NCBI RefSeq assembly: GCF_000406145.1
Contig: NZ_CM001976.1
Location: 4,087,472 to 4,119,471, forward strand
Direction of reading: 5' to 3'
DNA length: 32,000 bases
From: Dickeya dadantii NCPPB 898
Lineage (GTDB): Bacteria > Pseudomonadota > Gammaproteobacteria > Enterobacterales > Enterobacteriaceae
Shown one piece after another: positions 22,912-32,000 of this stretch (the first letter of the stretch is position 1; every line of letters begins with the position of its first letter). Both the position numbers and the translations under genes were made by a program. The notes beneath the pieces are model-generated. The model saw nothing but the letters and a program-made list of their open reading frames with translations. It was not told the DNA's origin and did no database searches.

Positions 22912-24822
22912 TTATTTCTTGTCTTTGACTTCTTCGAACTCGGCGTCAACGACATCATCATCCTGACGGGCTGCATTGTCGGCACCCGCAGCACCGGCCT
23001 GAGCCTGTTGCTGCTGAGCGGCTTCCAGCAGTTTGGTGGACGCTTCCGCCAGCTTCTGGATCTTCGCTTCGATGTCCGCCTTGTCTTCGCCTTTCAGCGC
23101 GGTTTCCAGCGCTTTCAGCGCCTCTTCGATAGCGGCCTTGTCGGCTGCGGCCAGTTTGTCGCCGGTTTCTTCCAGCTGTTTGCGGGTGCTGTGCAACAGG
23201 TGGTCGCCCTGGTTGCGCGCCTGCACCAGCTCTTCAAACTTGCGATCCGCTTCGGCGTTGGCTTCAGCGTCACGCACCATCTTCTGAATTTCGTCTTCGT
23301 TCAGGCCGGAAGACGCCTTGATGGTGATGTTCTGCTCGCGGCCGCTGTTCTTGTCTTTGGCGGAAACGTGCAGGATACCGTCGGCATCGATATCGAAGGT
23401 AACTTCGATCTGCGGCATACCGCGCGGCGCCGGCTGGATACCGTCCAGATTAAACTGACCCAGCGATTTGTTATCGTGAGCACGTTTACGCTCGCCCTGC
23501 AGCACGTGAATGGTCACCGCAGACTGGTTGTCTTCCGCCGTCGAGAACACCTGACTGTGTTTGGTCGGGATAGTGGTGTTCTTGGTAATCAGCGGAGTCA
23601 TCACGCCGCCCATGGTTTCGATACCCAGAGACAGCGGCGTCACGTCCAGCAGCAGCACGTCTTTCACGTCGCCGGCCAACACACCACCCTGCACCGCGGC
23701 GCCGATCGCTACCGCTTCGTCCGGGTTCACGTCTTTACGCGGCTCTTTACCGAAGAAATCGGCAACTTTCTTCTGCACCAGCGGCATACGAGTCTGACCA
23801 CCGACCAGAATCACATCCTGGATTTCGGAAACGGACAGGCCGGCATCCTGCAGCGCCACTTTCAGCGGCTCCAGAGAACGGGTCACCAGATCTTCCACCA
23901 GCGATTCCAGTTTGGCGCGGGTTACCTTGATGTTCAGGTGTTTCGGACCGGTGGCGTCCGCCGTGATGTACGGCAGGTTGACGTCGGTCTGCTGAGCGGA
24001 AGACAGTTCAATCTTCGCTTTTTCCGCCGCTTCTTTCAGACGCTGCATCGCCAGCGGGTCGTTACGCAGGTCAAAGCCCTGCTCTTTTTTGAATTCGTCA
24101 ACCAGGTAGTTGATCATACGGCTATCGAAGTCTTCGCCGCCCAGGTGAGTATCACCGTTGGTCGCCAGTACTTCGAAGGTTTTCTCGCCGTCCACATCGT
24201 CGATTTCGATGATGGAGATATCGAACGTACCGCCGCCCAGGTCGTACACCGCGATAGTACGGTTACCGACGCCTTTGTCCAGGCCGTAGGCCAGCGCAGC
24301 CGCCGTCGGTTCGTTGATGATACGCTTCACTTCCAGACCGGCGATGCGGCCGGCGTCTTTGGTCGCCTGACGCTGGGCGTCGTTGAAGTAGGCCGGTACG
24401 GTGATGACCGCTTCGGTGATGGTTTCACCCAGATAATCTTCCGCCGTTTTCTTCATTTTTTTCAGGACTTCAGCGGAAATCTGCGGCGGAGCCAGTTTCT
24501 GGTCTTTCACTTCCACCCACGCGTCGCCGTTGTCGGCCGGGATGATTTTGTACGGCATGATGTTGGTATCACGCTGCACTTCTTCATCCTGAAAACGACG
24601 GCCAATCAGACGCTTGATGGCGAACAGCGTATTTTTCGGGTTAGTCACCGCCTGACGTTTAGCCGGTTGGCCAACCAGAGTTTCACCATCTTGGGTATAG
24701 GCAATAATGGAAGGCGTGGTGCGATCGCCTTCGCTGTTTTCCAGTACCTTAACCTGCGTACCGTCCATAATCGCTACACAAGAGTTGGTTGTACCCAAGT
24801 CGATACCAATAATCTTACCCAT
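22912..24822 (-). CDS. dnaK: Molecular chaperone DnaK (Hsp70)
   Basis: The 636-aa ORF begins [21 protein letters not shown] and is near-identical in long blocks to recalled E. coli DnaK. Confidence 0.98.
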   Translation of the reverse strand: MGKIIGIDLGTTNSCVAIMDGTQVKVLENSEGDRTTPSIIAYTQDGETLVGQPAKRQAVTNPKNTLFAIKRLIGRRFQDEEVQRDTNIMPYKIIPADNGDAWVEVKDQKLAPPQISAEVLKKMKKTAEDYLGETITEAVITVPAYFNDAQRQATKDAGRIAGLEVKRIINEPTAAALAYGLDKGVGNRTIAVYDLGGGTFDISIIEIDDVDGEKTFEVLATNGDTHLGGEDFDSRMINYLVDEFKKEQGFDLRNDPLAMQRLKEAAEKAKIELSSAQQTDVNLPYITADATGPKHLNIKVTRAKLESLVEDLVTRSLEPLKVALQDAGLSVSEIQDVILVGGQTRMPLVQKKVADFFGKEPRKDVNPDEAVAIGAAVQGGVLAGDVKDVLLLDVTPLSLGIETMGGVMTPLITKNTTIPTKHSQVFSTAEDNQSAVTIHVLQGERKRAHDNKSLGQFNLDGIQPAPRGMPQIEVTFDIDADGILHVSAKDKNSGREQNITIKASSGLNEDEIQKMVRDAEANAEADRKFEELVQARNQGDHLLHSTRKQLEETGDKLAAADKAAIEEALKALETALKGEDKADIEAKIQKLAEASTKLLEAAQQQQAQAGAAGADNAARQDDDVVDAEFEEVKDKK

Positions 24823-24870
24823 CTAAACATCTCCACTTAAAAGTCATATCCGGTGTGGTGGTTTAACCTA

Positions 24871-24897
24871 CTATGCGGGCGAAATGTTGCTTTTCAA
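24871..24897 (-). promoter_or_regulatory. Sigma32 heat-shock promoter dnaK P2 (candidate)
   Basis: The minus strand reads GTTGAAAAGCAACATTTCGCCCGCATAG. The -35 is TTGAAA and the -10 is CCCGCATAG. This resembles recalled E. coli dnaK P2 (TTGAAA…CCCCTATTA). Confidence 0.55.
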
Positions 24898-24948
24898 CAC
24901 CCCGAAATCGTCTTTAGTCTTTTCGGCCAAACCGCTTTGATGACTCTA

Positions 24949-24979
24949 AGATGGGGACGACAATTCCCGCATCAAGGGG
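24949..24979 (-). promoter_or_regulatory. Sigma32 heat-shock promoter dnaK P1
   Basis: The minus strand reads CCCCTTGATGCGGGAATTGTCGTCCCCATCT. The -35 CCCTTGAT and -10 CCCCATCT match the sigma32 consensus (CCCTTGAA, 13-15 bp, CCCCATNT) and recalled E. coli dnaK P1. Confidence 0.7.
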
Positions 24980-25207
24980 CACTAACCAAAAAAACTGCAT
25001 CTTCCCGGTTTTTGATCAAAGTATTCGCAAGCTATCTGGTTGTATCGCCCATTCCCGCCCGCTATGATGCCGCGCTCGCCGCAGAAAAGGGACTGACCCG
25101 GCCTGACAGCGGGTACCGGCGACGCTCCGTTGACTTCATAAGAACGCCTGCCGGGCGAACCTTCAGATACAACAACACATTGACCATTTTGTTATTGCAG
25201 AGGATGT

Positions 25208-25780
25208 ATGCACGCGAAAACGTTGGCGAATCCAGGCCCACTGGGACTGATGGGCTTCGGGATGACCACCATTCTGTTAAACCTGCACAACGCAGGCTTT
25301 TTCCCACTGACTTCCATTATTCTGAGCATGGGGATCTTCTACGGCGGCATCGCCCAGATTCTGGCCGGTCTGCTGGAATATAAGAAAGGCAATACTTTTG
25401 GCGTGACCGCCTTTACGTCCTATGGCGCGTTCTGGCTGACTCTGGTCGCCATCATCATGCTGCCGAAAATGGGCCTGGCGGAAGCGGCCGATGCACAGTT
25501 CCTCGGCGTATTCCTGGCGCTGTGGGGCATCTTCACCCTGTTCATGTTCTTCGGCACGCTGGGCGCTAACCGCGCACTGCAGTTCGTGTTCGGTAGCCTG
25601 ACCGTGCTGTTCGCCCTGCTGGCGATCGGCAACATCACCGGCAACCACGCGCTGCTGACCTTCGCCGGTTATGAAGGCATTATCTGCGGCGCCAGCGCGA
25701 TCTATCTGGCGATGGCCGAAGTGCTCAACGAACAGTATGGCCGTACCGTACTGCCGATTGGCGCTCGCGGCGCGCACTAA
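25208..25780 (+). CDS. satP: Succinate-acetate/proton symporter (GPR1/FUN34/YaaH family)
   Basis: …[27 protein letters not shown]…[36 protein letters not shown]… is collinear with recalled E. coli SatP/YaaH. A GAGGA Shine-Dalgarno lies 4 nt upstream. Confidence 0.93.
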   Translation: MHAKTLANPGPLGLMGFGMTTILLNLHNAGFFPLTSIILSMGIFYGGIAQILAGLLEYKKGNTFGVTAFTSYGAFWLTLVAIIMLPKMGLAEAADAQFLGVFLALWGIFTLFMFFGTLGANRALQFVFGSLTVLFALLAIGNITGNHALLTFAGYEGIICGASAIYLAMAEVLNEQYGRTVLPIGARGAH

Positions 25781-25820
25781 CGGAAAACCGTTTAGCGCGG
25801 CACCAACGCAAATCAACGTA

Positions 25821-25855
25821 AAAAGAGAGGCGCATCAGGCGCCTCTCTTTTTTTG
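25821..25855. terminator. Bidirectional rho-independent terminator between satP and the MFS gene
   Basis: AAAA-GAGAGGCGC-ATCAG-GCGCCTCTC-TTTTTTT. The 9-bp stem is flanked by an A-run and a T-run and sits between convergent genes. Confidence 0.75.
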
Positions 25856-25874
25856 TCCGGATATCCGAGATCGC

Positions 25875-27194
25875 CTACACCCCGGCCGGTGAACCGACCT
25901 GCTCCGCCTGCGCTTCCACTTCGCGGTGAGTATGGCTTTGCAAATAAATCCCCAGCACCAGCCCCAACGTGCACAACGCCAGCACGTAGAAGGCCGGCGC
26001 CAGCGGCGTCCACTTCATCATCAGGGTGACGAAAATCGGCGTCATGCCGCCAAAAATGGCGTATGCCACGTTGTACGAGAAAGAAATGCCGGAGAAACGC
26101 ACCGCCGCCGGGAACGCCCGCACCATCACGTAGGGCACCGCGCCCACCACCCCGACGCTCAATCCCGCCAGCGCATAGCTGATAAACAGCAGGCTGTGAC
26201 TCTGCGCAGCATGGGAGTAAAACAACCAACTGCAGGTCGCAAACAACAGGCTGCCGATGATGAAGGTACGGCCGACGCCAATCCGGTCCGCCGCCAGCCC
26301 GGCGACAATACAGCCGACCATCAACGCGACGGTAGCCAGACTGTTGGCCTGCAATGTCAACGCCGCCGGGATGCCATGCAATTTTTGCAGATACACCGGC
26401 GCCATCAGAATCACCACCACAATCCCGGCGGATAGCATCCAGGTCAGCAACATGCTGACCAGTATCGCTTTCTTATGACGCAATACGATGGTCTTCAGCG
26501 GCAGTTCTTCCGCCAGCGCCTTGTGCGCCTGCATCTCGCGGAAAATCGGCGTTTCCTGCAGCCAGCGCCGCAAATACAGCGCAATAAGCCCGAAGATACC
26601 GCCAATAAAGAACGGAATACGCCAGCCGCCGGCGACGATCTGCGCGGGCGGCAGCAAAGTATTGAGCAACGTGGCGATCATCGAACCGAACAAAATCCCC
26701 AGCGTCAGCCCGGCGGTCAGCGTGCCGCAGGCGATGCCGATGCGAGAGCGGGGAACGTGTTCCGCCACAAACACCCAGGCACCCGGCACTTCACCGCCAA
26801 TCGCCGCGCCCTGCAGCACCCGCATCAACAGCAGCAGCAACGGGGCCGCAATACCGATAGAAGCATAAGTCGGCAGCATCCCCATGCCCAGCGTGGGCAA
26901 CGCCATCAGCAGGATGCTCAAACTGAACATTTTTTTGCGACCGACCCGATCGCCAAAATGCGCCATCACGATGCCGCCCAACGGGCGCGCCAGATAGCCG
27001 GCGGCAAAGATACCAAAGGTTTGCACCTGCCGCAGCCACTCGGGAATATCCGACGGAAAAAACAGGTCGCCGATAACGGCGGCAAAGAAGACGAAGATAA
27101 TGAAGTCGTAAAACTCCAGCGCGCCGCCCAACGCCGCCAATGAAAGGGTTTTATAATCGTGTCGATTCAATCGACGGTGTTGTTCGCCAGCCAT
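25875..27194 (-). CDS. MFS transporter, metabolite:H+ symporter (MHS; ProP/KgtP/ShiA-like) family, substrate unknown
   Basis: 439-aa protein with about 12 TM segments. It has N-terminal LGGALEFYDFIIFVFF and the loop 2-3 motif GDRVGRKK, both typical of MHS-type MFS proteins. Confidence 0.85.
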   Translation of the reverse strand: MAGEQHRRLNRHDYKTLSLAALGGALEFYDFIIFVFFAAVIGDLFFPSDIPEWLRQVQTFGIFAAGYLARPLGGIVMAHFGDRVGRKKMFSLSILLMALPTLGMGMLPTYASIGIAAPLLLLLMRVLQGAAIGGEVPGAWVFVAEHVPRSRIGIACGTLTAGLTLGILFGSMIATLLNTLLPPAQIVAGGWRIPFFIGGIFGLIALYLRRWLQETPIFREMQAHKALAEELPLKTIVLRHKKAILVSMLLTWMLSAGIVVVILMAPVYLQKLHGIPAALTLQANSLATVALMVGCIVAGLAADRIGVGRTFIIGSLLFATCSWLFYSHAAQSHSLLFISYALAGLSVGVVGAVPYVMVRAFPAAVRFSGISFSYNVAYAIFGGMTPIFVTLMMKWTPLAPAFYVLALCTLGLVLGIYLQSHTHREVEAQAEQVGSPAGV

Positions 27195-27323
27195 AAATCA
27201 CCGCACAATGCCAGTAAAATAAGAAAAATAATTTCAAATCGCTGTGTAAATGAAACCTTACTATAGCGGCAGTTTTTTGACACACCAGCATCGAGCAACA
27301 GTTATCAACAAAATGCGTTAACT

Positions 27324-27911
27324 TCAGCTTTTTATATCGCGTATCGCACTCTTGGGCCGAAAAGCTGCTACTACGTCCGGATTGGTTTCGATATAAGGTC
27401 CTTCCAGCAGTTGGATGCAGTAGGGAACACTGGCGAAAATCCCCGGCACCACGACCTGACCGGACGCATCTTTCAGTCCGGTCAGGGTCTCGCGGATAGA
27501 TTTCGGCTGCCCCGGCAGGTTGAGGATCAGCGCCTGCTTACGAATCACGCCGACCTGGCGCGACAGAATGGCGGTAGGAACAAAACGCAGGCTGATTTGG
27601 CGCATCTGTTCGCCGAACCCCGGCATTTCCCGGTCGGCTACCGCCAGCGTGGCGTCCGGCGTCACATCCCGTCGCGCCGGGCCGGTGCCGCCGGTAGTCA
27701 GCACCAGGTGGCAGCCGCATTCATCCACCAGTTCACACAGCGTCTGCTCAATCAACGGCTGCTCATCCGGCACCAGACGGGTTTGCACATCGAAAGGTGT
27801 GGTCAGTGCTTCCGCCAGCCATGTTTGCAGAGCCGGAATGCCTTCATCCTGATAGACACCGCTGGATGCACGATCAGAAATGGATACCAAACCAACACAT
27901 AGACTGTTCAT
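27324..27911 (-). CDS. mog: Molybdopterin adenylyltransferase
   Basis: …GLVSISDRASSGVYQDEGIPAL…LVLTTGGTGPARRDVTPDATLAVADREMPGFGEQMRQISL… is collinear with recalled E. coli Mog (195 aa). The ATG at 27911 is preceded by GAGGTGCTT. The ORF track uses a GTG at 27917 inside that Shine-Dalgarno. Confidence 0.93.
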   Translation of the reverse strand: MNSLCVGLVSISDRASSGVYQDEGIPALQTWLAEALTTPFDVQTRLVPDEQPLIEQTLCELVDECGCHLVLTTGGTGPARRDVTPDATLAVADREMPGFGEQMRQISLRFVPTAILSRQVGVIRKQALILNLPGQPKSIRETLTGLKDASGQVVVPGIFASVPYCIQLLEGPYIETNPDVVAAFRPKSAIRDIKS

Positions 27912-28219
27912 AAGCACCTCTTGTTTATCAAAAAATTTATTCTATCAATCTGATTAATTATCCGACGCGTTAAATCCATTCAAAAATTTGCTCGCTAATG
28001 CGACAATGCTCGAAATCTGCGCGGCCCCACAATAAAACGCGTTATGACCGTGCACAAAATCTAACGATTCAACGAGTTAATCCTCGTTCATCGGTTAATG
28101 TTTCTGACGATAACAATAATTAAGAGTCTACCTCAGCCTGCGTGATTCTCGCAGCCGGATTGAACAAGGAAAGTGAACGGAAACCACAACGTTAATCACG
28201 TCTGTGCGAATTCCGGGCA

Positions 28220-28249
28220 CCATCCACGTTAACCCCATCCGCGTTAACC
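28220..28249 (+). repeat. Tandem 15-bp direct repeat, each unit containing GTTAAC, upstream of the GGDEF gene
   Basis: CCATCCACGTTAACC (28220-28234) is immediately followed by CCATCCGCGTTAACC (28235-28249), with 1 mismatch. It lies 90-120 nt upstream of the ATG at 28339. Confidence 0.75.
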
Positions 28250-28338
28250 CGCTAAGCGAATTACCCAGCGGGGCTGGACTCTGTGAGTAAGACCATTGCC
28301 GGACAACGGCGCATTACTGGGAAATGCAGGAAAAGTGA

Positions 28339-29481
28339 ATGAATTTCATTAAAAATCACCTTGTCAGGCTATTTGCCAATCCGGTTTCCGCTTTTGTTTT
28401 GTTTGGTCTGTTTTCGGTGACGCTGACCAGCCTGTTGCTGCTGAACTCCCGCCAGAAAGACTGGCAAGAGGAAAAACGCAATTTCGACAACATCATCCGC
28501 TTGTACGAATCCTATAATACCGGCGGCGAAATCGCCGAAAGCGATCGTTTCTACAAAGTCGGCAATTCGATGTTTTCCCGCGTGCGCATTATGGCGTTCA
28601 ACACCCGCGACGTCGGCCATGAATGCATCAATCGCCTGTCGGAGCTGGATCTTTCCCTTAACGATATGGCGATTATCCGGGTATGCCAGAATCTGCTGCC
28701 GTCCGCCGGCAATCTGCCGGAAAAGAATCAACTCACCACCGTCATGCCGATTCTCTCGCCCACCGATAAACTCATCGGCTTACGCATACGCGTCACTACG
28801 CTGGGCTCCTCGCCCGGCTTTAGCAATATTGCTACCTCCTCGGCGGAAATCATCACGCTGGCCTGCATCAGCCTGATGATTGCCGTGATGGGCAGCCTGC
28901 TGTCGCTGGTCGCGAAAAAGTATCTGATTGAGTTGCCCACCACGGCGCGTTACGACGACCTGACCGGCTTTCTGCGTCGGGATGCGTTTTACCAGTCAGC
29001 CAACCGTGCGTTGAAAGCGGCGCGTCATGAGAACAAGCCGATGTGTGCCATGTTGATTGATATCGACCACTTCAAGCAGGTGAACGACACGCTGGGGCAC
29101 GCGGCAGGCGACGAAGCGCTGAAAGCGGTGGCGAACGTTATTCGGCATTCGTTTCGCCGTCATGACATCCTCTGCCGTCTGGGCGGCGACGAGTTTGCCG
29201 TCGTCTTGCCCAACATTTCGCAGGAAAACGCCGTACGCGTGGCGGAACGCGTCAGAGAGGGAATCCATGAGCTCGGCCATACCTCGTCATCAATGTCGCC
29301 GGTCATTACCGTCAGCATCGGGCTGGTGGCCGTCGAGTCGCCGGACGAGGGGCTGGATGAAATCATCCGCCGCGCCGACGTTAACCTGTATCTGGCAAAA
29401 AGAACCCGCAACTGCACCATCACCATTCCGTTCGTGCAGTCTCAGGGAGCCACAGAAACGACAACGGCCAGCGCCAGCTGA
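28339..29481 (+). CDS. Membrane-anchored diguanylate cyclase: 2 TM segments flanking an uncharacterised ~130-aa periplasmic domain, plus a GGDEF domain
   Basis: TM1 spans about aa 15-36 and TM2 about aa 170-192. The GGDEF domain has an intact GGDEF (aa 282-286, nt 29182-29196) and an RxxD I-site (RRHD, aa 273-276) exactly 5 residues upstream. The DxLT entry motif is present as YDDLTGF. Confidence 0.85.
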   Translation: MNFIKNHLVRLFANPVSAFVLFGLFSVTLTSLLLLNSRQKDWQEEKRNFDNIIRLYESYNTGGEIAESDRFYKVGNSMFSRVRIMAFNTRDVGHECINRLSELDLSLNDMAIIRVCQNLLPSAGNLPEKNQLTTVMPILSPTDKLIGLRIRVTTLGSSPGFSNIATSSAEIITLACISLMIAVMGSLLSLVAKKYLIELPTTARYDDLTGFLRRDAFYQSANRALKAARHENKPMCAMLIDIDHFKQVNDTLGHAAGDEALKAVANVIRHSFRRHDILCRLGGDEFAVVLPNISQENAVRVAERVREGIHELGHTSSSMSPVITVSIGLVAVESPDEGLDEIIRRADVNLYLAKRTRNCTITIPFVQSQGATETTTASAS

Positions 29482-29511
29482 CCGTTTTTCGCACCGAAAC
29501 TGCGGTAAACG

Positions 29512-30465
29512 TTACAGCAGTGCGGCGATCATTTTTTCCAGTTTTTCCTGGTCTACCGCAAACTTGCGGATACCGTCGGCCAGTTTGTCCACCGCCATCG
29601 GATCCTGATTGTGCTGCCAGTAGAATTCGGACTCGGTCAGTCTGGCCGGGCGCGCTTTCACCTCGCCGCTGTAAGACAGTTTATGCGCCACATCGCCCTG
29701 GCTTTCCGCCAGCTCTTTGAGCAGCGCCGGCGCAATGGTCAGGCGATCGCAGCCCGCCAGTTCCAGAATCTCGCCGACATTGCGGAAGCTGGCGCCCATC
29801 ACTACCGTTTCATAACCGTGCTGTTTGTAATATTTGTAGATGTCGGTCACGGAGACGACGCCCGGATCTTCGTGCGGCGCAAACTCTTTCTTGTCGCTGT
29901 TGGCTTTGTACCAGTCCAGAATACGGCCCACGAACGGGGAAATCAGGAACACGCCCGCTTCGGCGCAGGCACGTGCCTGAGCAAACGAGAACAGCAGGGT
30001 CAGGTTACAGTTGATGCCTTCTTTTTCCAGCTGCTCGGCGGCGCAGATACCCTGCCAGGTGGACGCCAGTTTGATCAGAATACGGTCGTTGCTGATGCCG
30101 GCATCGTTGTACAGTTTGATCAGGCGCTTCGCTTTGGCGACGCTGGCCTTGGTGTCATAGGAAAGACGGGCGTCCACTTCGGTGGAGATGCGCCCTGGAA
30201 TCAACTTGAGAATTTCCAGACCGATATTAACCGCCAGTTTGTCCGTCGCATCGACAACCTGTTGCTCACGTTTGTCGCTCTGCGCACGTGCCCAGGCCAC
30301 AGCGTCATCAATCAGCGCACGGTATTCCGGGATTTGCGCGGCATTCAGAATCAGGGAAGGGTTGGTGGTGGCGTCCTGCGGCTGGTAAAGCTTCATTGCC
30401 GCGATATCGCCGGTATCCGCCACCACAGTGGTGAATTGGCGTAGGGAAGTCAGTTTATCCGTCAT
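29512..30465 (-). CDS. talB: Transaldolase B
   Basis: From the ATG at 30465 the product reads [48 protein letters not shown]…. It is 317 aa and collinear with recalled E. coli TalB. The ORF-track start at 30597 adds 44 spurious residues. Confidence 0.96.
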   Translation of the reverse strand: MTDKLTSLRQFTTVVADTGDIAAMKLYQPQDATTNPSLILNAAQIPEYRALIDDAVAWARAQSDKREQQVVDATDKLAVNIGLEILKLIPGRISTEVDARLSYDTKASVAKAKRLIKLYNDAGISNDRILIKLASTWQGICAAEQLEKEGINCNLTLLFSFAQARACAEAGVFLISPFVGRILDWYKANSDKKEFAPHEDPGVVSVTDIYKYYKQHGYETVVMGASFRNVGEILELAGCDRLTIAPALLKELAESQGDVAHKLSYSGEVKARPARLTESEFYWQHNQDPMAVDKLADGIRKFAVDQEKLEKMIAALL

Positions 30466-30768
30466 GTTGGCCTTTCTCATTGTTTGTGCATGAACTGGTG
30501 GCAGGAACTGTCGCCAGAGCCTGATAATAACACGCGCCCAAGCCCGCGCAAGCGGACCAGAAAAAAACCGCACGCTAGAAAAAACATATTTTTTCAATTA
30601 AAAATCAACAAAGTAAGTGTCATTGTTTTTTCTTTTCTCTCTATTTTTGATGAAAAAACGCACGAGAGCCTAAACAACGCTGATTTATCGCGCCTGTCGC
30701 AGCCATCGCCCCTTTTTTACCGGCTTTTGCTACAGTAAGGCCATTCAAGACACCAACGGGATACGTTT

Positions 30769-31548
30769 ATGCTGATCACCCTTTCACCTGCCAAAACGCT
30801 GGATTACACCAGCCCGCTGCCTACGCAACGCTATACGCAACCCGAACTGCTGGATTATTCCCGGCAACTGATTAAACACTGCAAACAACTGACCCCGGCG
30901 GATATTGCTTCGCTGATGGGCATTAGCGACAAGCTGGCGGACCTGAATGCGGCCCGTTTTCAGGAATGGCATCCGGCGTTTTCGCCGGATAACGCGCGTC
31001 AGGCGCTGCTGGCGTTCAAAGGCGATGTCTACACCGGGCTGGCGGCGGAAGATTTCAACGAGGCGGATTTCGATTTCGCCCAACAGCATCTGCGTATTCT
31101 GTCCGGTCTGTACGGCGTGCTGCGGCCGCTGGACCTGATGCAGCCTTACCGGCTGGAAATGGGCATCCGGCTGAAAAACGACGCAGGCAACGACCTGTAT
31201 AAGTTCTGGGGCGATACCATCACCGAAACGCTCAATCAGGCACTGAAAGCGCAGAACGACGATATTCTGATCAATCTGGCGTCCGACGAATACTTCAAAT
31301 CCGTCAAACCGGCCAAACTCAACGCGCGGCTGATAAAACCGGTCTTTCTCGATGAAAAGAACGGCAAATTCAAGGTGATCAGCTTCTACGCCAAGAAGGC
31401 GCGCGGCCTGATGAGCCGTTTCATCATTCAGAACCGCCTGACCACGCCGGAGCAACTGAAAGACTTTGACAGCGAAGGCTATTACTTTGACGCCGCCGAT
31501 TCCTCGGCTGACGAACTGATCTTCAAGCGCCACGAACGCGACGCCTGA
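30769..31548 (+). CDS. yaaA: Peroxide stress resistance protein YaaA (UPF0246/DUF328)
   Basis: [13 protein letters not shown]…[12 protein letters not shown]…[25 protein letters not shown]…[12 protein letters not shown] is typical of the YaaA family. It lies next to thrC, as in E. coli. Confidence 0.92.
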   Translation: MLITLSPAKTLDYTSPLPTQRYTQPELLDYSRQLIKHCKQLTPADIASLMGISDKLADLNAARFQEWHPAFSPDNARQALLAFKGDVYTGLAAEDFNEADFDFAQQHLRILSGLYGVLRPLDLMQPYRLEMGIRLKNDAGNDLYKFWGDTITETLNQALKAQNDDILINLASDEYFKSVKPAKLNARLIKPVFLDEKNGKFKVISFYAKKARGLMSRFIIQNRLTTPEQLKDFDSEGYYFDAADSSADELIFKRHERDA

Positions 31549-31578
31549 CAACACGCGTTATTCGTTAGACAAACGAAT

Positions 31579-31612
31579 ACGGCCGGAAAGCGGTTTCCCC
31601 CTTTCCGGCCGT
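31579..31612. terminator. Shared stem-loop between the convergent yaaA and thrC genes
   Basis: A 12-bp stem, ACGGCCGGAAAG/CTTTCCGGCCGT, with a 10-nt loop. An 8-bp hairpin at 31559-31579 precedes it. No clean U-tract follows on either strand. Confidence 0.5.
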
Positions 31613-31672
31613 AATGCCTTCCTGCCGTAATGCACTTCCGCGGTAATGCACTCCCGCGGTAATAAATTGAAG
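31609..31672. repeat. 16-bp tandem repeat, three full units plus one degenerate unit
   Basis: CCGTAATGCCTTCCTG (31609-31624), CCGTAATGCACTTCCG (31625-31640), CGGTAATGCACTCCCG (31641-31656) and CGGTAATAAATTGAAG (31657-31672). The array ends 1 nt before the thrC stop codon. Confidence 0.7.
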
Positions 31673-31673
31673 A

Positions 31674-32000
31674 TTAGTGCGGCAGTTCCATCAGGAATTT
31701 GCGCAACTGCGCGAAGTCCGGCGCGAAGTGGTGTGACAGCAGCGGCTGGTCGGCGCGTTCAGCCAGCGCGGTTGGCAACGGCAGTGCCTTACCAAGAATC
31801 TCTTCCACGCTCTCCTTGAACTTCGCCGGATGGGCGGTGCCCAGGAACAGGCCGTACTCGCCCGGCTGCAACTGATCGCGCAACAAACGGTACGCAATCG
31901 CCGCATGCGGCTCAGAGGTATATCCCAACGCCTCCAGTTCCAGCATGGTAGCTTTGGTGGTCTCATCGCTCACCGCACCGAACGCCAGTTCCTTCAGTTG
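31674..32000 (-). CDS. thrC: Threonine synthase, C-terminal part; 5' end lies outside the window
   Basis: The frame is open from the window edge to the stop at 31674. …AVSDETTKATMLELEALGYTSEPHAAIAYRLLRDQLQPGEYGLFLGTAHPAKFKESVEEILG… matches the recalled E. coli ThrC C-terminus. Confidence 0.9.
   Translation of the reverse strand, partial: QLKELAFGAVSDETTKATMLELEALGYTSEPHAAIAYRLLRDQLQPGEYGLFLGTAHPAKFKESVEEILGKALPLPTALAERADQPLLSHHFAPDFAQLRKFLMELPH

Noticed and set aside
23008-24840. 610-aa ORF on the plus strand exactly antisense to dnaK
   Set aside because: It is fully contained within dnaK on the opposite strand. The translation is low-complexity and R/H/Q/V/G/F-rich, with no recognisable domain, Shine-Dalgarno or promoter. 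Long antisense ORFs opposite Hsp70 genes are a known codon-bias artefact. As I recall, they have been mis-annotated historically as NAD-specific glutamate dehydrogenase (Pfam NAD-GH). Only ribosome profiling or proteomics could revive it.
24853-25383. 176-aa plus-strand ORF covering the dnaK promoter region and overlapping the satP start out of frame
   Set aside because: It overlaps the well-supported satP in another frame and runs across the sigma32 promoters. The translation has no recognisable features.
31609-31672. Considered whether the 16-bp tandem repeat, or the 15-bp repeat at 28220-28249, could be a miniature CRISPR array
   Set aside because: The units abut directly with no spacers and are far shorter than CRISPR repeats. 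There is no leader and there are no cas genes. They are simple tandem duplications.

Overview
Mostly ordinary core chromosome from an Enterobacterales genome. I cannot assign a genus from sequence alone. Coding regions are GC-rich and the proteins closely resemble the E. coli K-12 orthologues I can recall. Gene order matches the E. coli 0-1 min map read backwards: apaG(partial)-apaH | AT-rich acyltransferase plus a structured non-coding element | folA | yjjB-yjjP | LysE-family exporter | carB-carA | dapB | rihC | ispH-fkpB-lspA-ileS-ribF | rpsT | nhaR-nhaA | dnaJ-dnaK | satP | MFS transporter | mog | GGDEF cyclase | talB | yaaA | thrC(partial). Several ORF-track starts are over-extended and are corrected in the features: ispH, talB, dnaJ, rihC, the LysE gene, yjjB, mog and dapB to internal ATGs, carA to TTG and nhaA to GTG. 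rpsT keeps its track start, which is a TTG. I found no tRNA or rRNA genes, CRISPR array, transposase, integrase, prophage genes, or recognisable defence or toxin-antitoxin genes. I therefore do not claim a novel multi-gene system. The least explained sequence is the ~2.1 kb filling the folA-apaH gap, which from memory is under 100 bp in E. coli. It holds an AT-rich orphan acyltransferase-3 gene and a 424-bp GC-rich, hairpin-dense non-coding element. That element is bracketed by a perfect 20-nt duplication of the folA terminator hairpin and by imperfect terminal inverted repeats. Other accessory points are a membrane GGDEF cyclase inserted between mog and talB with tandem 15-bp repeats upstream, an expanded carA-carB spacer, and a 16-bp tandem repeat next to the thrC stop codon. 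The many long ORFs antisense to housekeeping genes are treated as artefacts.
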